DNA from: the human T2T-CHM13v2.0 reference genome, Homo sapiens
Reading direction: 5' to 3' (one strand)
Length of the DNA stretch: 64,000 nucleotides
Assembly (NCBI RefSeq): GCF_009914755.1
Contig: NC_060947.1
Of this stretch, positions 16,130 to 34,030 are shown in pieces. The translations under genes were made by a program, and so were the position numbers. How positions within the stretch are numbered: position 1 is the first letter of the stretch; every line of letters starts with the position of its first letter. Below the pieces are notes generated by a model. The model was not told where the DNA came from. It searched no databases and was given only the letters and a program-made list of their open reading frames with translations.

Positions 16130-16345
16130 GAAAGTTTAGGTTTTTGGAATCAGAATGATGAGACACTGACTCTCAGCTTTTCTAATTACTGTGATGGGAC
16201 TTCAAGCAATTTAACCTCTCTAACACCATGTTTCCTCATCTGTAAACATTTACTAGAGCAATAAACAGATTCGTCTTTTGTGAGGATTACACTAGATAAT
16301 TTTTACATGCACTTAGCACAGTGCAGCAATATATGGTAACTTAAA
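16130..16345. mobile_element. MIR
   Basis: tttaacctctct...tgtttcctcatctgtaaa...tgtgaggatta...cacttagcacagtgc MIR core. Confidence 0.7.
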
Positions 16346-18447
16346 AATTATTTTGACTTCCAGCAACATACTCATAATGCCACTTATCAGGAAAGATAAA
16401 AACGAATATATAATGGTATGACCCAGCTTTCTAAATGCTTCCAAGCCAGTTGGGTAGGCTAGAGAAGCAGAAAATGTACAAGACAACCAATGTTTAAATT
16501 TTCAAATTTATGCTTTTAAATGACATTTCTCTTTTTCCTGTTTATTTTTCCCATCATTCATTTTTCTATCTATCTTGCATATAAGAATTCAGGAAAGTTT
16601 TCCACCTTGAACTGGATGATCTCGAAGGAAATATTTCATTGTGGAGAGAAAGGGAAAAAGCAAACATATATAATTTCTTGTGACTTGCCTCTGCCTTGTC
16701 TAATTTATTTCTCATTAGCAGAAAAATCTTTGTTACAAAATAGAATTTTATAGCCAAGAAAGAGAAAGTATCTATTTTGCTTTGTTTTGAGTAATCAAAA
16801 AAGAAAAACAAAATCCAGCAGAGTAGAAAGTGACCATGGAGAAGAATTCATCATGGCAGATGCTGACATAAGAGGGGCCGGGACAAATTAAAAATAGTTG
16901 GAGCATTTCAAAGATGTCTACTGAAAATTGTTTTGGTAATATGGTGGTGCCTGTTATTCTGTGCCTACAAATATATTTTTTAAAATCACAATCACATTTC
17001 AAAAGGTAGACTTAAGGAGGGCTACAAGGGGCCCTCTCAAATGAATGAGTTAAAGAGGTGAAAGAAGAGAAAAACACATTGATAGTCCTGGTTTGCATCT
17101 ATCAAAATTCATTAGTAATAAGTATCCAAACTATTTTAAATATAAATCCTGTTATACAAAAGTGTGCATAAGAACACACTTGTACTTTCATTAGGAAAAG
17201 AGAGTTCTGAGGGGTATAAGGTGTTTTTCAAGGGTCACAGAACTCAGTACATTTCTTTTCACATCCCCACTGCAGAAGATTACACAGATATGAGCAAACA
17301 CATGAAAAACAATCACAATTACTGTTTCATTAAAAATAGAAAAATTAGTTATGTTTCAAAGAATAACAACACATCTCTTTTACCACAACTCCTTGCTCCT
17401 TCTTTTACCAAAAGATTTTGCCTGGGGAGTTAAATTAGCCATTGTGCCCCAAATTTCCTCATTTCTAGAACCCGACAAGGACTTCTGAAGAGGTTTAAAA
17501 ATGCAGTGTTTAAGTGCTGCCATAACTTGTGTTTTCACTGCCTTCGAGGGAGGCCTCAAGCCAAATTCCTCTTCTTTCAGATCCTACAGATTTGTTGGGT
17601 ACTGAGCCAACTAGGGTGTTTCTTGCACTGGGCTGCTGATCCTTTGTTGCATGAAGACATACACATTTCTACAGGAGAAGGCAGCAAGTAAATAGATAGT
17701 TCATGGCAATATTAGCTCAGAAAGCATTAGGAGAAAATTCCACAAAGGCAATAAATATCTTCCCCAGCAAAATGTGAAGCAGAGAATCATCAGACAGTGA
17801 TTTACCTACTGACAAAAGGTAAGAGAAAAAGAGAACTGCAGTCAGGCTAGTCACTGGATCTCTGGAGATAACAATGGACTCTTATTGTGTCCAAAGCACA
17901 TCTAGGATGCAATAATCCTTGCTTTACACCATATTTACTAAGGTAACAATATGGACGTAAATTGACATTACTGTATGTGTTTATGTCTTAAGTTAATTTT
18001 ATTTGTTATATTTCTGTACATCATTTCTCATTGGTGGTCAGAGGATATAAAGAAGGAGTGGGGTAAATTCAGAGGTGTCAAGAAAATCAAAGTAACCTGC
18101 TGATTTAAAGAATGTCATACAAAAGGAGGTGGGTGTTTCTGACTCATCCATAACTCAAAATGCAGCTCCATTTTGACCTCATGACCAGGCTATTTCATCA
18201 CTACGAGGGAACCGCTGTTGATGTCTACAATGTTGATGATCCTAAGGTCAAAAATAAAAAAGCCACCACCCAAAAGGCTATTTTAATAGAAACTTATGAC
18301 AGTGAATCCAGTTCAATAGTTTTCAGCTTATATTTTCCAAATCCAAAACTCTTCAGGGTAAGTTGCCATTGCTTAACAGCCATTATCCAAAATACAAGTG
18401 GGAATGTTATCATTATGCACCTCAGGGTAAAACTTTTTTTTTGGCAA

Positions 18448-18462
18448 TCTCACCATCATTTT
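18448..18462 (+). promoter_or_regulatory. NOVA-type YCAY cluster upstream of exon 3A
   Basis: tctcaccatcatttt contains three overlapping YCAY motifs (tcac, ccat, tcat) ~100 nt upstream of the exon 3A acceptor, matching the known NOVA1 element of rodent Glra2. Confidence 0.75.
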
Positions 18463-18501
18463 AATTGTATTCAAATCTCTAGCCAATTGCACAGATGTTA
18501 A

Positions 18502-18675
<174 letters not shown>

Positions 18676-18678
18676 TGA

Positions 18679-18801
<123 letters not shown>

Positions 18802-19412
18802 TGAAGCCATCGTGTGAAGGAATGGGATGTGGGATTGAAGTGCACTGTGGCATATTTGTGAGACATTTACTGAGTGCCAATTTCCAACTTTGCTCGCCTC
18901 TGAAAAGCAATAATTTATACTACTTTATTTTGTAAAGTCATTTGTCAAGTGTTCATTACTTAATATTCAGTGATCTTATATCTATCGTGCCAGAGAAATT
19001 TTTAAAACATTTGATGTTTTAATGGTTTTCTGTAGAATTATCCACAATAAACATGATGCATAGTTATGGATATTTAAATAGGTGCATCTCCAATGCTTCA
19101 GAAGTACAAATTTCAAAGTTTGAGAGATGTAATAGTATAGCCAGTTTTTTACATGTAATGGAATTTTTAAGATAGTTGAGCCTCCCTTCGATGCCACATT
19201 CAAGATATATTCCAAAGGGCTGAAATTAGAAAAATACACACACACACACAATTTTGTTGACAAGAGAAAGTAGTCCCAAGTCCATAACAATTATACCATA
19301 TGAATGCCTTTTCCAAAAAAAAAAACCCCTAAACTTAAAGCTAATTAGAAGCTCATTATACAGTATGAGTAAACATGTTTCATATATGTGAAAAAGATTT
19401 CAGATACTATAA

Positions 19413-19986
<574 letters not shown>

Positions 19987-21280
19987 TCTACCAACACTCT
20001 TCATAAATGTCATGGTCATGTTACCTGTGACATAGCCTATTGGATCATTAGTCTTACCCCCACAGGGTTCTCGGCTACAGCATGGAGGTTGCATTTTGGG
20101 TGAGATATTTTCTTGGTCCCCATATTATTTACTTTAAGTCCTAAATCAATTGGCTGGGTCTAATTTGCATTACTATGTAAAGTTTACAACCATTCATTTG
20201 ATAAAACCAAAATCAAGTGTAATTGAGTTTGACTAAGTATTATGGTGCCTGATGTCCTAAAAATAATAAGCATAATGCCATTGAGAAGTAAAAAAAAAAA
20301 AAAAAGGTTTCCTTGTTTATATGAATTTTCTCTTTTTGGCAACTAACATCATGTTTAATAAATTACTGTTCTTTGTGGTGTCCTTCATATTAGGAAGAAT
20401 TAATTTACCTTTACCACTTTTTTTCCACTGGCAAAATTAGACATAATTCAACTCCATTACCCATTTTGATATTATTCTGAAACATTATTACCCAGAAATG
20501 AGACTTGTGAGGCTTTGACAGGATGTGGTGCATTTAAAAATTTACCTAAATAGGATAGTTTTGATAGGGCTATTAAATGACTCATAATAAAAGCTAAACA
20601 TAGAAAGAGTATATCAACTCCCAGGTTGACATTCAGTTTCTGTCTCTCCCCTCTTGGCTTTATCGTAATAAGAGAGGGGGCAAAGCTTCCAGTAGCCCAA
20701 ATCACTGTCACCAGCTTTACACGATGGCATTCAATGACAATATTTGCACGACCTAATGCTGATTGCATTAATTAGATTCCCATGTTGCTTTGATTAAATC
20801 TCCTCATTGCATCGTATTCTCAATCAAAAATGTAAATGTGCACCTTTTCGATGTTCATTAATGCAAAAAAAAGCTAAACATTTAAAGAGATTAAAATGGA
20901 AGCTATGGATATCCTTGTTTTCTGCTATCTTTAACAGCTACTGAAAGTTTAATAAATGGGCTGCTCAGGTACTTCCTGGCCACTTATTTAGTGACCTTTG
21001 TCATGCTTCCTGCCAGAAAATTTGGAAACTGTTGCTCAAGGGTAACATACACAGCCTGTCTATTCTGCTGTATAACACAGATTGAATTGCATGGTTAGAA
21101 GACTGATGTATATTGTGCTTCTTTTGTTTTACTTCTTAGCTTTGATATAATGACAAACTCCATTTGCTTTAAAAATATATTTTGTTTTATTCAATTTTGG
21201 CTTTGGTGCAAAACTACAGAAAATATTTTTTGGAACTCTATCATGCTTGTCAAAGAAGAAATCCTCAGGCCACCGAGGGT

Positions 21281-21565
21281 AGGGATTGGCAAACTTTTTC
21301 TGTAAAAGGCCAGACAGTATACCTAAGACTTTGAGAGCCAGATAGTCTCTGTCACAACTATGTGATTCTGCCCTTTTGGCATGAAAGCAGCCATAAACAA
21401 TAGTAAGCAAATAATTGTGGTGGTACACCAATAAAGCTTTACTTACAAAAACAGGCCAAGGCCCAAGTTAGCAAATAGGTGTGGTTGTGTACCAATAAAG
21501 TTTTATTTACAAAAACAGGCTGAGGCCAAATTTGGGCCACAGGCCATAGGTTGCCAGCCCCAGAT
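21281..21565. mobile_element. MER58A with an internal ~64-bp duplication
   Basis: ggcaaactttttctgtaaaaggccaga... terminus; repeated block at 21406 and 21470. Confidence 0.82.
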
Positions 21566-21681
21566 TTAGGGCATCAATATTTAAGTGGATGCATAATAAG
21601 AATGTGAGAATTGCTCCAACAAGAAAGGGCCTCATCTTCCAAGATAATTGAGGCCCTGCCTGGGACTCCACCTGGTACACC

Positions 21682-22027
21682 AGTCTTAATTAGCTCAGGC
21701 TGTGATAACAAAGGATTGATTGGTTGGCTTATAAACAACAGAAATTTATTTCTAACAGTTCTGGAGGCTGGAAGTGTGAGATCAGGGTACTAGCATGGTC
21801 AGGTTCTGATGAGAACTCTATTTGGGTTACAGACTGCTGACTTCCTCTGGTATTCTCGCATGGTAGAAAGAAAATTATCTGGGGCAGTAATCCCCTTCAT
21901 GAGTGCTCTACCCTTACGACCTCATCACCACCCAAAGGCCCCGCTTCTACCCTCCAATACTATCACATTGGAGGTTAGAATTTCAACATATGAATTTTGA
22001 GAGGACACAAACATTCAGTCCATTGCA
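21682..22027 (-). mobile_element. MLT1A-like MaLR solo LTR
   Basis: ggcttataaacaacagaaatttatttctaacagttctggaggctggaag...ggacacaaacattcagtccattgca. Confidence 0.85.
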
Positions 22028-23560
22028 CACCCAAAGTGTCATCACAGCCCAAGCTTTCTTTACCATACCGCTAAGATTTTACCATCCATGAATTTACTGA
22101 TAGTTTCACAAAATTTGACTCAGAAAAATTGGTCAAAAAAATTAAACAGAAACAGATTCTTCCCTGAACTGTCTTTAGTTGTAGTCAGAATCCTTAGCTT
22201 TATGCACAGTGATGAGGTCATTGAGGACATTGATTGGTGCTATTTTCTGGGGTAATAGTTTTGATTTCTCTACATTTTCTGGAATAAATTATGTCAAAGA
22301 ATGCCTCAGAATTTTGAGTTTCTAAACCTGTTGACTTTCCTCTCTTCCCTTACACTTCACTCTCACCCCATTATCCAAATAGCATTATTAAAAGTTTTAG
22401 TTTGGGGTATTTGTTCCCAGATCAAAGGCAATGATTATATATTTCAAGAAGTCAAGATGACTTTCTTTGTTGCTATCCAGTCTGCCCTTCCTATGGTTAA
22501 TGAAGTCCCACTAATTTATTGTAGGTGTTGCCTGCCCACAAAGTAGAGGCCTGCTTACAGACCCAATACCAATTCTCACTCTGATATGTTAGTGTCAGAG
22601 ATGTGTACTCACAGGACAACACATTTGTGTTACTCTAAGGAGTATTTTTATGTATCATTATTTTTATGGATATATTATTCAAAAATGCATTTTTGTTCAT
22701 TAAGACACACAGAAATCTGTTAGTGTTCATTGCTAGTTGCCCCAGCATTAAGAGTATTCAGTGGAACAAATTTTGTGTGGTCCCAAAGACTTAGATGACT
22801 AATAAGGAGAAAATGATAAGATAGGTTATATTCTGTTTTTGAAATGTGAGTTTACCGTTTTCTTTTATTTTTCTCTTTTCTTTAGTTTCTGACGGCAAGT
22901 GAATTTACAGGATGGGGAGTATATTTGCAACCCCTATTTCCTGATATAAAGGCATGGTTTGAGAATTTTAGTAATGTCAGTAAGGGTCAAGGGTGCTTTC
23001 ATACCATCTGTATATAGCTTTCCCATAAGTTTGGGCCATCAGAAAATAGAGAAAAGATGCTCTCTTCCCAGCTTCCAAATGACTGCCTGGAAGGATGTAG
23101 GTAGATAGTGTGTGATTTGGACATATGGATGCTGGAACACTATCCATGCTACAGCAGTGGATCCTAGTCTGCTCCTTATTTAACAGATAGGAGGGTGAAC
23201 TCAAAGTGTACAAAATGTGTCTGCTCAGAGAACATCTCCAGAATATAATTCTAGCTCCCTCAAATCCTTCCCCACAACAGACATTTCACATGCTTTGCTG
23301 GTTACTTCTGCAGAATGAAGAGTTGTTTTATCTCCAATCTGAAATCACATTCCTGAAGAACTCAGATTAAGAAGATAGACAGCCCCTTATTAGAATGCAT
23401 GTTGTGCTGTAACTGCTGAAATGAGACTGTGGGTCCCCTTTCATTCTATAGCTGCGTAAACAAGTTATAAGAAGATGCTGACTTATCAGGGATAGCAGGT
23501 AGCTACATTTCTTATTTTTGACTTCTTAAGGAAGAATCAAGAATCTATTACAAGCCTGAC

Positions 23561-23855
23561 TTTTTTTTTTTTTAAATGGAGTCTCCCTCTGTTGCCCAGG
23601 CTGGAGTGCAGTGGTGCAATCTCCACTCACCGCAACCTGCGCCTCCTGGGTTCAAGCAATTCTCCCACTTCAGCCTCCTGAGTAGCTGGGTCTACAGGCA
23701 TGCACCAGCACACCTGGCTAATTTTTGTATTTTTAGTAGAGACGGTGTTTCACCATGCTGGCCAGGCTGGTCTCGAACACCTGACCTCAGGTGATGCACC
23801 CACTTCAGCCTCCCAAAGTGCTGGGATTACAGCCATGAGCCACAGCACCTGGGCC
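23561..23855 (-). mobile_element. AluS
   Basis: Full antisense Alu; degenerate TSD aagcctgac / aagtctgac. Confidence 0.93.
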
Positions 23856-24283
23856 AAGTCTGACATTTTTTAAACAAACATATAAGGTGACCTTGGTCTC
23901 TAAATTAGCAGTGCAATGGTAAAGCCTCAATTTATCATAAAGTAACTGCCCCCTATAACTTCAAACTCAAGGTTAGCTTTCCCATATTAAAGCTCGCACA
24001 GACTTGAGATTAGGCCTACTTTGGGCACTCTTCCCAAGAGCTACTGCCTCCAAAATGCTCTATGAACTTGATCATCAGGATGAATGTATTTGAAAATAAG
24101 TCATGGGAATTTGTATAGTTTAGTAAATAGGTAAAAAAGAAAAACAAAAACAAAAACCGTATTGAAGCTTTTTTCCATACACCCTAATCTTTACAACTTA
24201 ATTATTTTTTTCCCTTTTGATCCTGGGGGAATTCACCCAAACTTGCCATCCTGAAATGGTCTCCAGAGTAGAGTGACTCCCAG

Positions 24284-24397
24284 TAGAGTGACCAACTATC
24301 CCAATTTGCCTAAACTGAGGAAGTTCCCTGGATGTGAGAGTTTTGGGGCCAAAATTGGGAAGTTCTCAGGCAAACCAGGACAAGTTAGTCACCATTA
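24284..24397. mobile_element. MER81-like MITE (hAT-Blackjack)
   Basis: 114 bp with imperfect TIRs tagagtgaccaactatcccaatttgcct ... aggcaaaccaggacaagttagtcaccatta. Confidence 0.8.
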
Positions 24398-25407
24398 GAG
24401 TAACGTAAACAATGACCAAAAATCCAGTTGCCAAATATGTGGAGATGGAGCAAGTAAGGGTAAAAAATGTAAAGGAAAGAGAGTAATAATGAATTAGTAT
24501 ATATCACACTTGTGGTCACACGTAGCAATAGTGGATAACTACTAGCTCTGAAACCACAGACTGGCTTGGTTAGGGAATACTGTTGAAGCCTCAATCGGAG
24601 TCCAGATTATCAAGTGAAGTAGTACTTTCAATGAACCTAAGGTCTTTGAGTAGAAGTCCCCAGAAGAGCAGTCACTGCCCCCAAGCTATTCATTAACAGA
24701 AGAAAATTCCCAGACCAAATGGGAATGCCAGGGGTGTACCTAAGTCTCCCACAGTGTTCTGATTGAGAACGTGAAACATCTCTGGATAAAGCATCAAGTT
24801 GGCTAGTGTAGATACAACACATTCAGACAAAATGATAAGAATTTCAAAAGTAAGTAGCTGCAAGGAAAATATTTTGTCAACATGAAAGATCTTAATGTTT
24901 ACGTTGATAAATTTTAAAATATTGCCCCATCATGTCATAGTTTTATAAGATTTTCACTACTCAAATTACGCAGTGGGTTTCCTTCTGCCCAGAGCATCTC
25001 AGCAGAAAGGGATCAGAGATCATGTGATTTCTGATTTGGAAAATAAATCAGTTTTATTTGACAATCTGCCATGACAGACTAATTTCTGTGTTCATTGTTT
25101 ACCTTTTTCTGTAGCAAAATCAGCTTTAGCATTATTTCATCCCAAAATGAATAATTTAAACACTAAAAAATTCAACCAAGTCAACCCGTTTTATTGGTGT
25201 TCTGGTTTGGTTGAATCTTCCTTTTTCTTTCTCCCTTTTGTCCGCTCTCCTAATAGAACTAAATGGTTTATTTTGACCAAGGTATACACAGTTTGGTTTA
25301 CTCGGACACCAAAGCTGTATCAAATCAGGGAGGAGAATGAGAGAGAAATGCAAATAGAACTCCTGTGCCAGGGTAATCAGTAACACTTGTCCACGGCATT
25401 TCTGTAG

Positions 25408-25632
<225 letters not shown>

Positions 25633-25990
25633 TAAGCCTCCATTGGCTGCACATGTTCGCATCTCCATTTCTCCGCTAATGTAGAGCTGCCTGATTCTGC
25701 AGGGTAGGATGTATATGAATATTTGACTTTTGTGGTTTCTTGTTTATCATTTGAATCTTAAAGTTGGTGGAGAGTGTCAGAAGTCCCTTTGGTCTCATAA
25801 ATGTGATTCTCCATAACAAGAATGTATTTGGTAGGATGGTACATGGTTAATGGTATTGTGTAATCACCTGCACAAATGTGTTCCTGATTGCTTCAGCAAA
25901 GGAAGTACAGGCTATTCCGTTCAATTGCCATTAAGCATAATATACAAAATCTCATTTCAATAATTCTGCCATTCTGTAACATTCAAGCAT

Positions 25991-25991
<1 letters not shown>

Positions 25992-26033
<42 letters not shown>
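25992..26033 (+). repeat. (CA)21 microsatellite
   Basis: Perfect dinucleotide run. Confidence 0.98.
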
Positions 26034-26035
<2 letters not shown>

Positions 26036-26283
26036 TTCAATAGTTCAGCATAGTCATTAACAACATACTTATAGCTGGATACATGGAAACCTGGTTCCAA
26101 TGTCAGCTTTGCTTCTAAGTAAACACGTGACCTTGATCTCTTAACTTTTCTTGGACTTGGGCCTGGGACAGACAATTGCTGAGATCCATTTTTGCTTTTA
26201 TATTCAAATATGATCTTCTCCAGAAGTGTTATCACTCTAGGCTCAAAATAATCTCCCCCTTTTCTGAACTCTAATAGCAGTTT

Positions 26284-26730
26284 CTTTTTTTTTTTTCCAT
26301 ATTTTTTTTATTATACTTTAAGTTTTAGGGTACATGTGCACAACGTGCAGGTTAGTTACATATGTATACATGTGCCATGCTGGTGCACTGCACCCACTAA
26401 CTCGTCATCTAGCATTAGGTATATCTCCCAATGCTATCCCTCCCCCCTCCCCCCCCCACAACAGTCCCCAGAGTGTGATGTTCCCCTTCCTGTGTCCATG
26501 TGTTCTCGTTGTTTAATTCCCACCTATGAGTGAGAATATGCGGTGTTTGGTTTTTTCTTCTTGCGATAGTTTACTGAGAATGATGATTTCCAATTTCATC
26601 CATGTCCCTACAGAGGCCGTGAACTCATCATTTTTTATGGCTGCATAGTATTCCATGGTGTATATGTGCCACATTTTCTTAATCCAGTCTATCATTGTTG
26701 GACATTTGGGTTGGTTCCAAGTCTTTGCTA
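26284..26730 (-). mobile_element. 5'-truncated young L1 (L1PA2/3-like)
   Basis: L1PA 3'UTR and ORF2 C-terminus (ORF 26513 -); 14-bp TSD tctaatagcagttt at 26270-26283 and 26731-26744. Confidence 0.93.
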
Positions 26731-26969
26731 TCTAATAGCAGTTTATCTGTGACTCTGTAAGGCTCTTATTTTTTCCTGCCTTATTATTTTGGTTACTGCT
26801 GTTCATGAGTATAGCATAAAAACATGGATTTCTGGAATTAGACAAATCTAGAATCAAATCCAAGCTTTGCCACTTACTAAGTTATGTAATCTATAACCCT
26901 CAGTTACCTTAATTTTAAAACGGGAAACTCCATGTTTATCTCTGTATATTCTTGTGTGAATGAGTAATG

Positions 26970-27190
26970 TAGTGGTCAGCAAATATTTTCTGTAAAGGGC
27001 CAGATATTATCTTAAATGTTGCAGACCAGATTGCCTCTGTTGCAACTACTCAACTCTATCATTATAGCTCAAAAGCAGCCATAGGTAGTATGCAAACAAT
27101 TGGACATGGCTGTGTCTCAATAAAATATTATTTACAAAAATAGATGGTGGACTGGATTTGGCCCTTTGGCTGTAGTTTGCCAACCCTTGA
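26970..27190. mobile_element. MER58A inserted in a MIR
   Basis: gtcagcaaatattttctgtaaagggccaga...gtagtttgccaaccct; MIR-like sequence on both sides (26810-26965, 27195-27255). Confidence 0.78.
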
Positions 27191-27293
27191 TATAAGATAT
27201 ATTAAAAATACTTGCTGCAGTGCCTGACACAGAGTAAATGTTTGATAAATAAAATAATGGCTATCTGTATTTTAAAATCAGTTCTTTTTTTTT

Positions 27294-28447
<1,154 letters not shown>

Positions 28448-31332
28448 TTAATGTTCCTTTTCAGTAGTAAGCTCTTAGCTCTTTCAATTCAAGATATTTG
28501 GTTTTTGTCTTTTTTGTAACATCTACCAAATGTCTAGGACAATGTACTGTATATGAGAGACAGTACATTGAATAAAGTATTGGCATTTAAAGGTCCTTAA
28601 CAGAATGCCCCCTTTCGCTATATAAATTTATTACCAAAAAAGTAAACAGCTAGTCTCCTTGCAAATAATTTTTCCAAGTTTGCAGACTCACCATCATCAC
28701 CTCATTTGACAACTCTATATATGATTTGGTTCTGTATTGTAAATTCCATTCTTATACCTAGTAATTTCACAGCATGCTGATGGCTGACAGCCCCAATGTC
28801 TTGTGGAATAAAAGAAGCTGCTCATTTGTAAAAAGCGGCAAAGTCACTGCTTGCACAGAAAACCAGGAAACTTCCCCCAGTGACCATTCATTTTTAAGGA
28901 AACACAAAACATTCTCCATGGTGATGTGTTTGGTTGGTGTAAAATGCAGTACTGAGCACAACATAAATTGATCGGACCTGAGAAAATGGGACATATGTGG
29001 AGTGTGGTGCTAGGAAGGAGAGTTATAAAAAGCAGCACAGAGCATCAGCTGCCCCAGCTAATCCTCCAGGCCTTGGGTGGCATTTGCTCTAATGAATACC
29101 AGGCATCACACACTGCTGAAATAAAATCAGATTGTAGTTGCTGTTGTTGCTTTCTTGCTGTTTTGTGAAGGTCTTTACATTCTAGAATCATGAAGAGTAT
29201 GATGCTCCCAAGCCTAGACCCAGAGGCAATTCTTGTATCTCTGGTTCCCAAGCATAGCACATTACAGGCCCTGAAATGCCCTAACAACTGTTTTGGATTA
29301 GGTGGGGATTGTCCTGTGCAGGCTATTTTATACTTTTCTTTCATTGTGAGTATTTTCTGAAATCAAAATAAAAAACCTTGGTAAAGGAGAATTGGGGATA
29401 TCATTTTAAGAAAATACAAGCTGTTCGGAGATTTGAACTGCAAGAATCTAATTATTTGCCTAGAAGGGCTTTTGATGAACCAGATACTGTACTGGGTCTA
29501 GAGATCCAGAACTAAGTAAGATGTGGTCTTTCCCCTGGAATGACTTCAGTCTAACAAGGCAGGTGGATGCATGATAAATTAAGTAATAGGAATAAATAGG
29601 AAACAAGGAAAACAAAAGTGGCTCTAATTTTGCAAATGAAGTATGTGATCAAAATATTGTCAGAATTTGGCAGTTGGCATCCACAGTCCTGTTTGTCAGT
29701 GGGCTCAATTTAACTAGAGGTCAAGGAGTAACTAATGCTAATATATGCCCAGCTGCAGGTTTGACTCAAATTTAAGGCCAAGGGGGGTACAGTTGTGTCC
29801 ATGTCTTAAAGGTGCTGAAAAGTTCCTGCTGACGTTCCATTAGAAAGTAATTTCCCTGCATACTCAGGTTTACAACACAAATACTCCCAGGAGAGGAAAT
29901 CCACTGGCTTAAATCCATACTAAACTCTAAAGAGCTGATATAAAATTTATTTCTGAGGATGAACATACTGGATTCCTAAGAGGAGAAATGGGATAGAATG
30001 AAGAAAGGTTGGGAAAGATACAAGGAAGGGGCTAGAAGTACCAAATAAAAACCCTAAAACTGTCTCCACATACACAGTAAATACTTAAGCAATTATTTAA
30101 TTATGTAAGCATGTGGTGCACATTTTAAAAAGTAATGTTCTGTCTTGATACTCTGTATTTGCATTTTCCTGAAACCTAAAGCAAATATCAATTGCATTTA
30201 ATCTGGGAAAAATTCCATGCTTTTCTTGGCTTTGTAGGTGTAGGGGTAGAATTAACTCTATATGGACACCAAAGCCCAAGGTTTTGATTGTCAAACAAAA
30301 CAAATATAGAAATATACAGTCCACTGATTTCATAACAAGCACGATCACCTTTCCTAATACTTCATATATCTGTATTCCAAAAGGTAGGGGTCTAAAAAAA
30401 AAGAGAAGGCAGTAGACCAGAACTCCGTAAGTGTCATCCTTATGAACACTTGGGGTACCTTGACTAAAATTCAAACAAATCTTTTAAATAGGAAGGAAAG
30501 GCCTTATCTCAGTGTTAATAAACCTTTTATCCAGTGATGTAGGACACAATCTTTGTTGATGAAAAAGTACCAAATCCATTTCTGTCCATTTTTCTTTAAT
30601 ATTCATTCTCTAATGTTTTATCTTACTCTCTGTTTTTTCCTAAGTTGTTTGTTGACCTGCCCCATTAATTATTGATCATCTCTGACAAGAGTATACATTT
30701 TGATTTGTAAACCTTCTTCAGAGAAAGTCAATAATCCAGAGAATAGAGATCAAGTACTGAGTAACATGTGGTCCTTCATCTGGGATGGGGAAAGAGTCAA
30801 ATTCTAAATTCAGAGAGAGTCAAATTCTAAATTCACATTACTTACAATGAATCCATACTTGAATCCATACTGAAATAGTGAGGTGAGTCTTGAAGGTTGT
30901 ACATATTATTGTTTAAACAATATTTGTTGAATTTAATATTGTGAGTTGGAATAAAGGTCAGGACATCATGGGATATGGTGGACAACATGAAAGAAAAAAG
31001 GAGAAGGTGAGCATTTTTGAAGAACAGCTCATCTCACATGCCCACAGTATCTTTGCTGATATTGTCTTCTTTTTAAAAATCCCATTGCTTCTGAGAATTT
31101 AGTCAGAAATATGACTTTTATAGAAGGATTTTTTTTAAATTTGAAGTTACCTTGTAAAATATCTAATCCAACACCCTTGTTTTGTTGATAAGGACGTCAC
31201 AATGGAGCTAGTAAGTAGGAAAGCTAGGACAAGAATCAGGGCTCTTAACTTCTGTTTCAGTGCTGTCATTTCCTACCCCCACATTAATTCCTCATTTACT
31301 TCAACCCAAGTCCAAAGACACAAACACACACA

Positions 31333-33575
<2,243 letters not shown>

Positions 33576-33606
33576 TTGAACCTTCCTCAAAATATATGCA
33601 TATTTT

Positions 33607-33907
33607 GGCAGGGCGCGGTGGCTCATGCCTGTAATCCCAGCACTTTGGGAGGCCGAGATGGGTGGATCATGAGGTCAGGAGATCGAGACCATCCTGGCCA
33701 AAATGGTGAAACCCCATCTGTACTAAAAAAAAAAAAAAAAGTACAAAAATTAGCCGGGCATGGTGTCGGGTGCCTGTAGTCCCAGCTACTCAGGAGGCTG
33801 AGACAGGAGAATCACTGGAACTCAGGAGGCGGAGGCTGCAGTGAGCAGAGATTGTGCCACTGCACTCCAGCCTGGGCAACAGAGCGAGACTCTATCTCAA
33901 AAAAAAA
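33607..33907 (+). mobile_element. AluSc-like
   Basis: ggatcatgaggtcaggagatcgagaccatcctggcc; TSD atatatgcatatttt flanks the Alu together with the TA repeat. Confidence 0.92.
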
Positions 33908-34030
33908 TATATATATATATGTATAGTGTATATATATACACATATATATATGTATACACACATATATGTGTGTGTATATATATGTGTATATATATGTGTG
34001 TATATATGTATATATATGTATATATATATG
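33908..34030 (+). repeat. Compound (TA)/(TG)/(CA) microsatellite grown from the Alu tail
   Basis: About 120 nt of alternating purine-pyrimidine sequence between the Alu poly-A and the 3' TSD. Confidence 0.95.
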
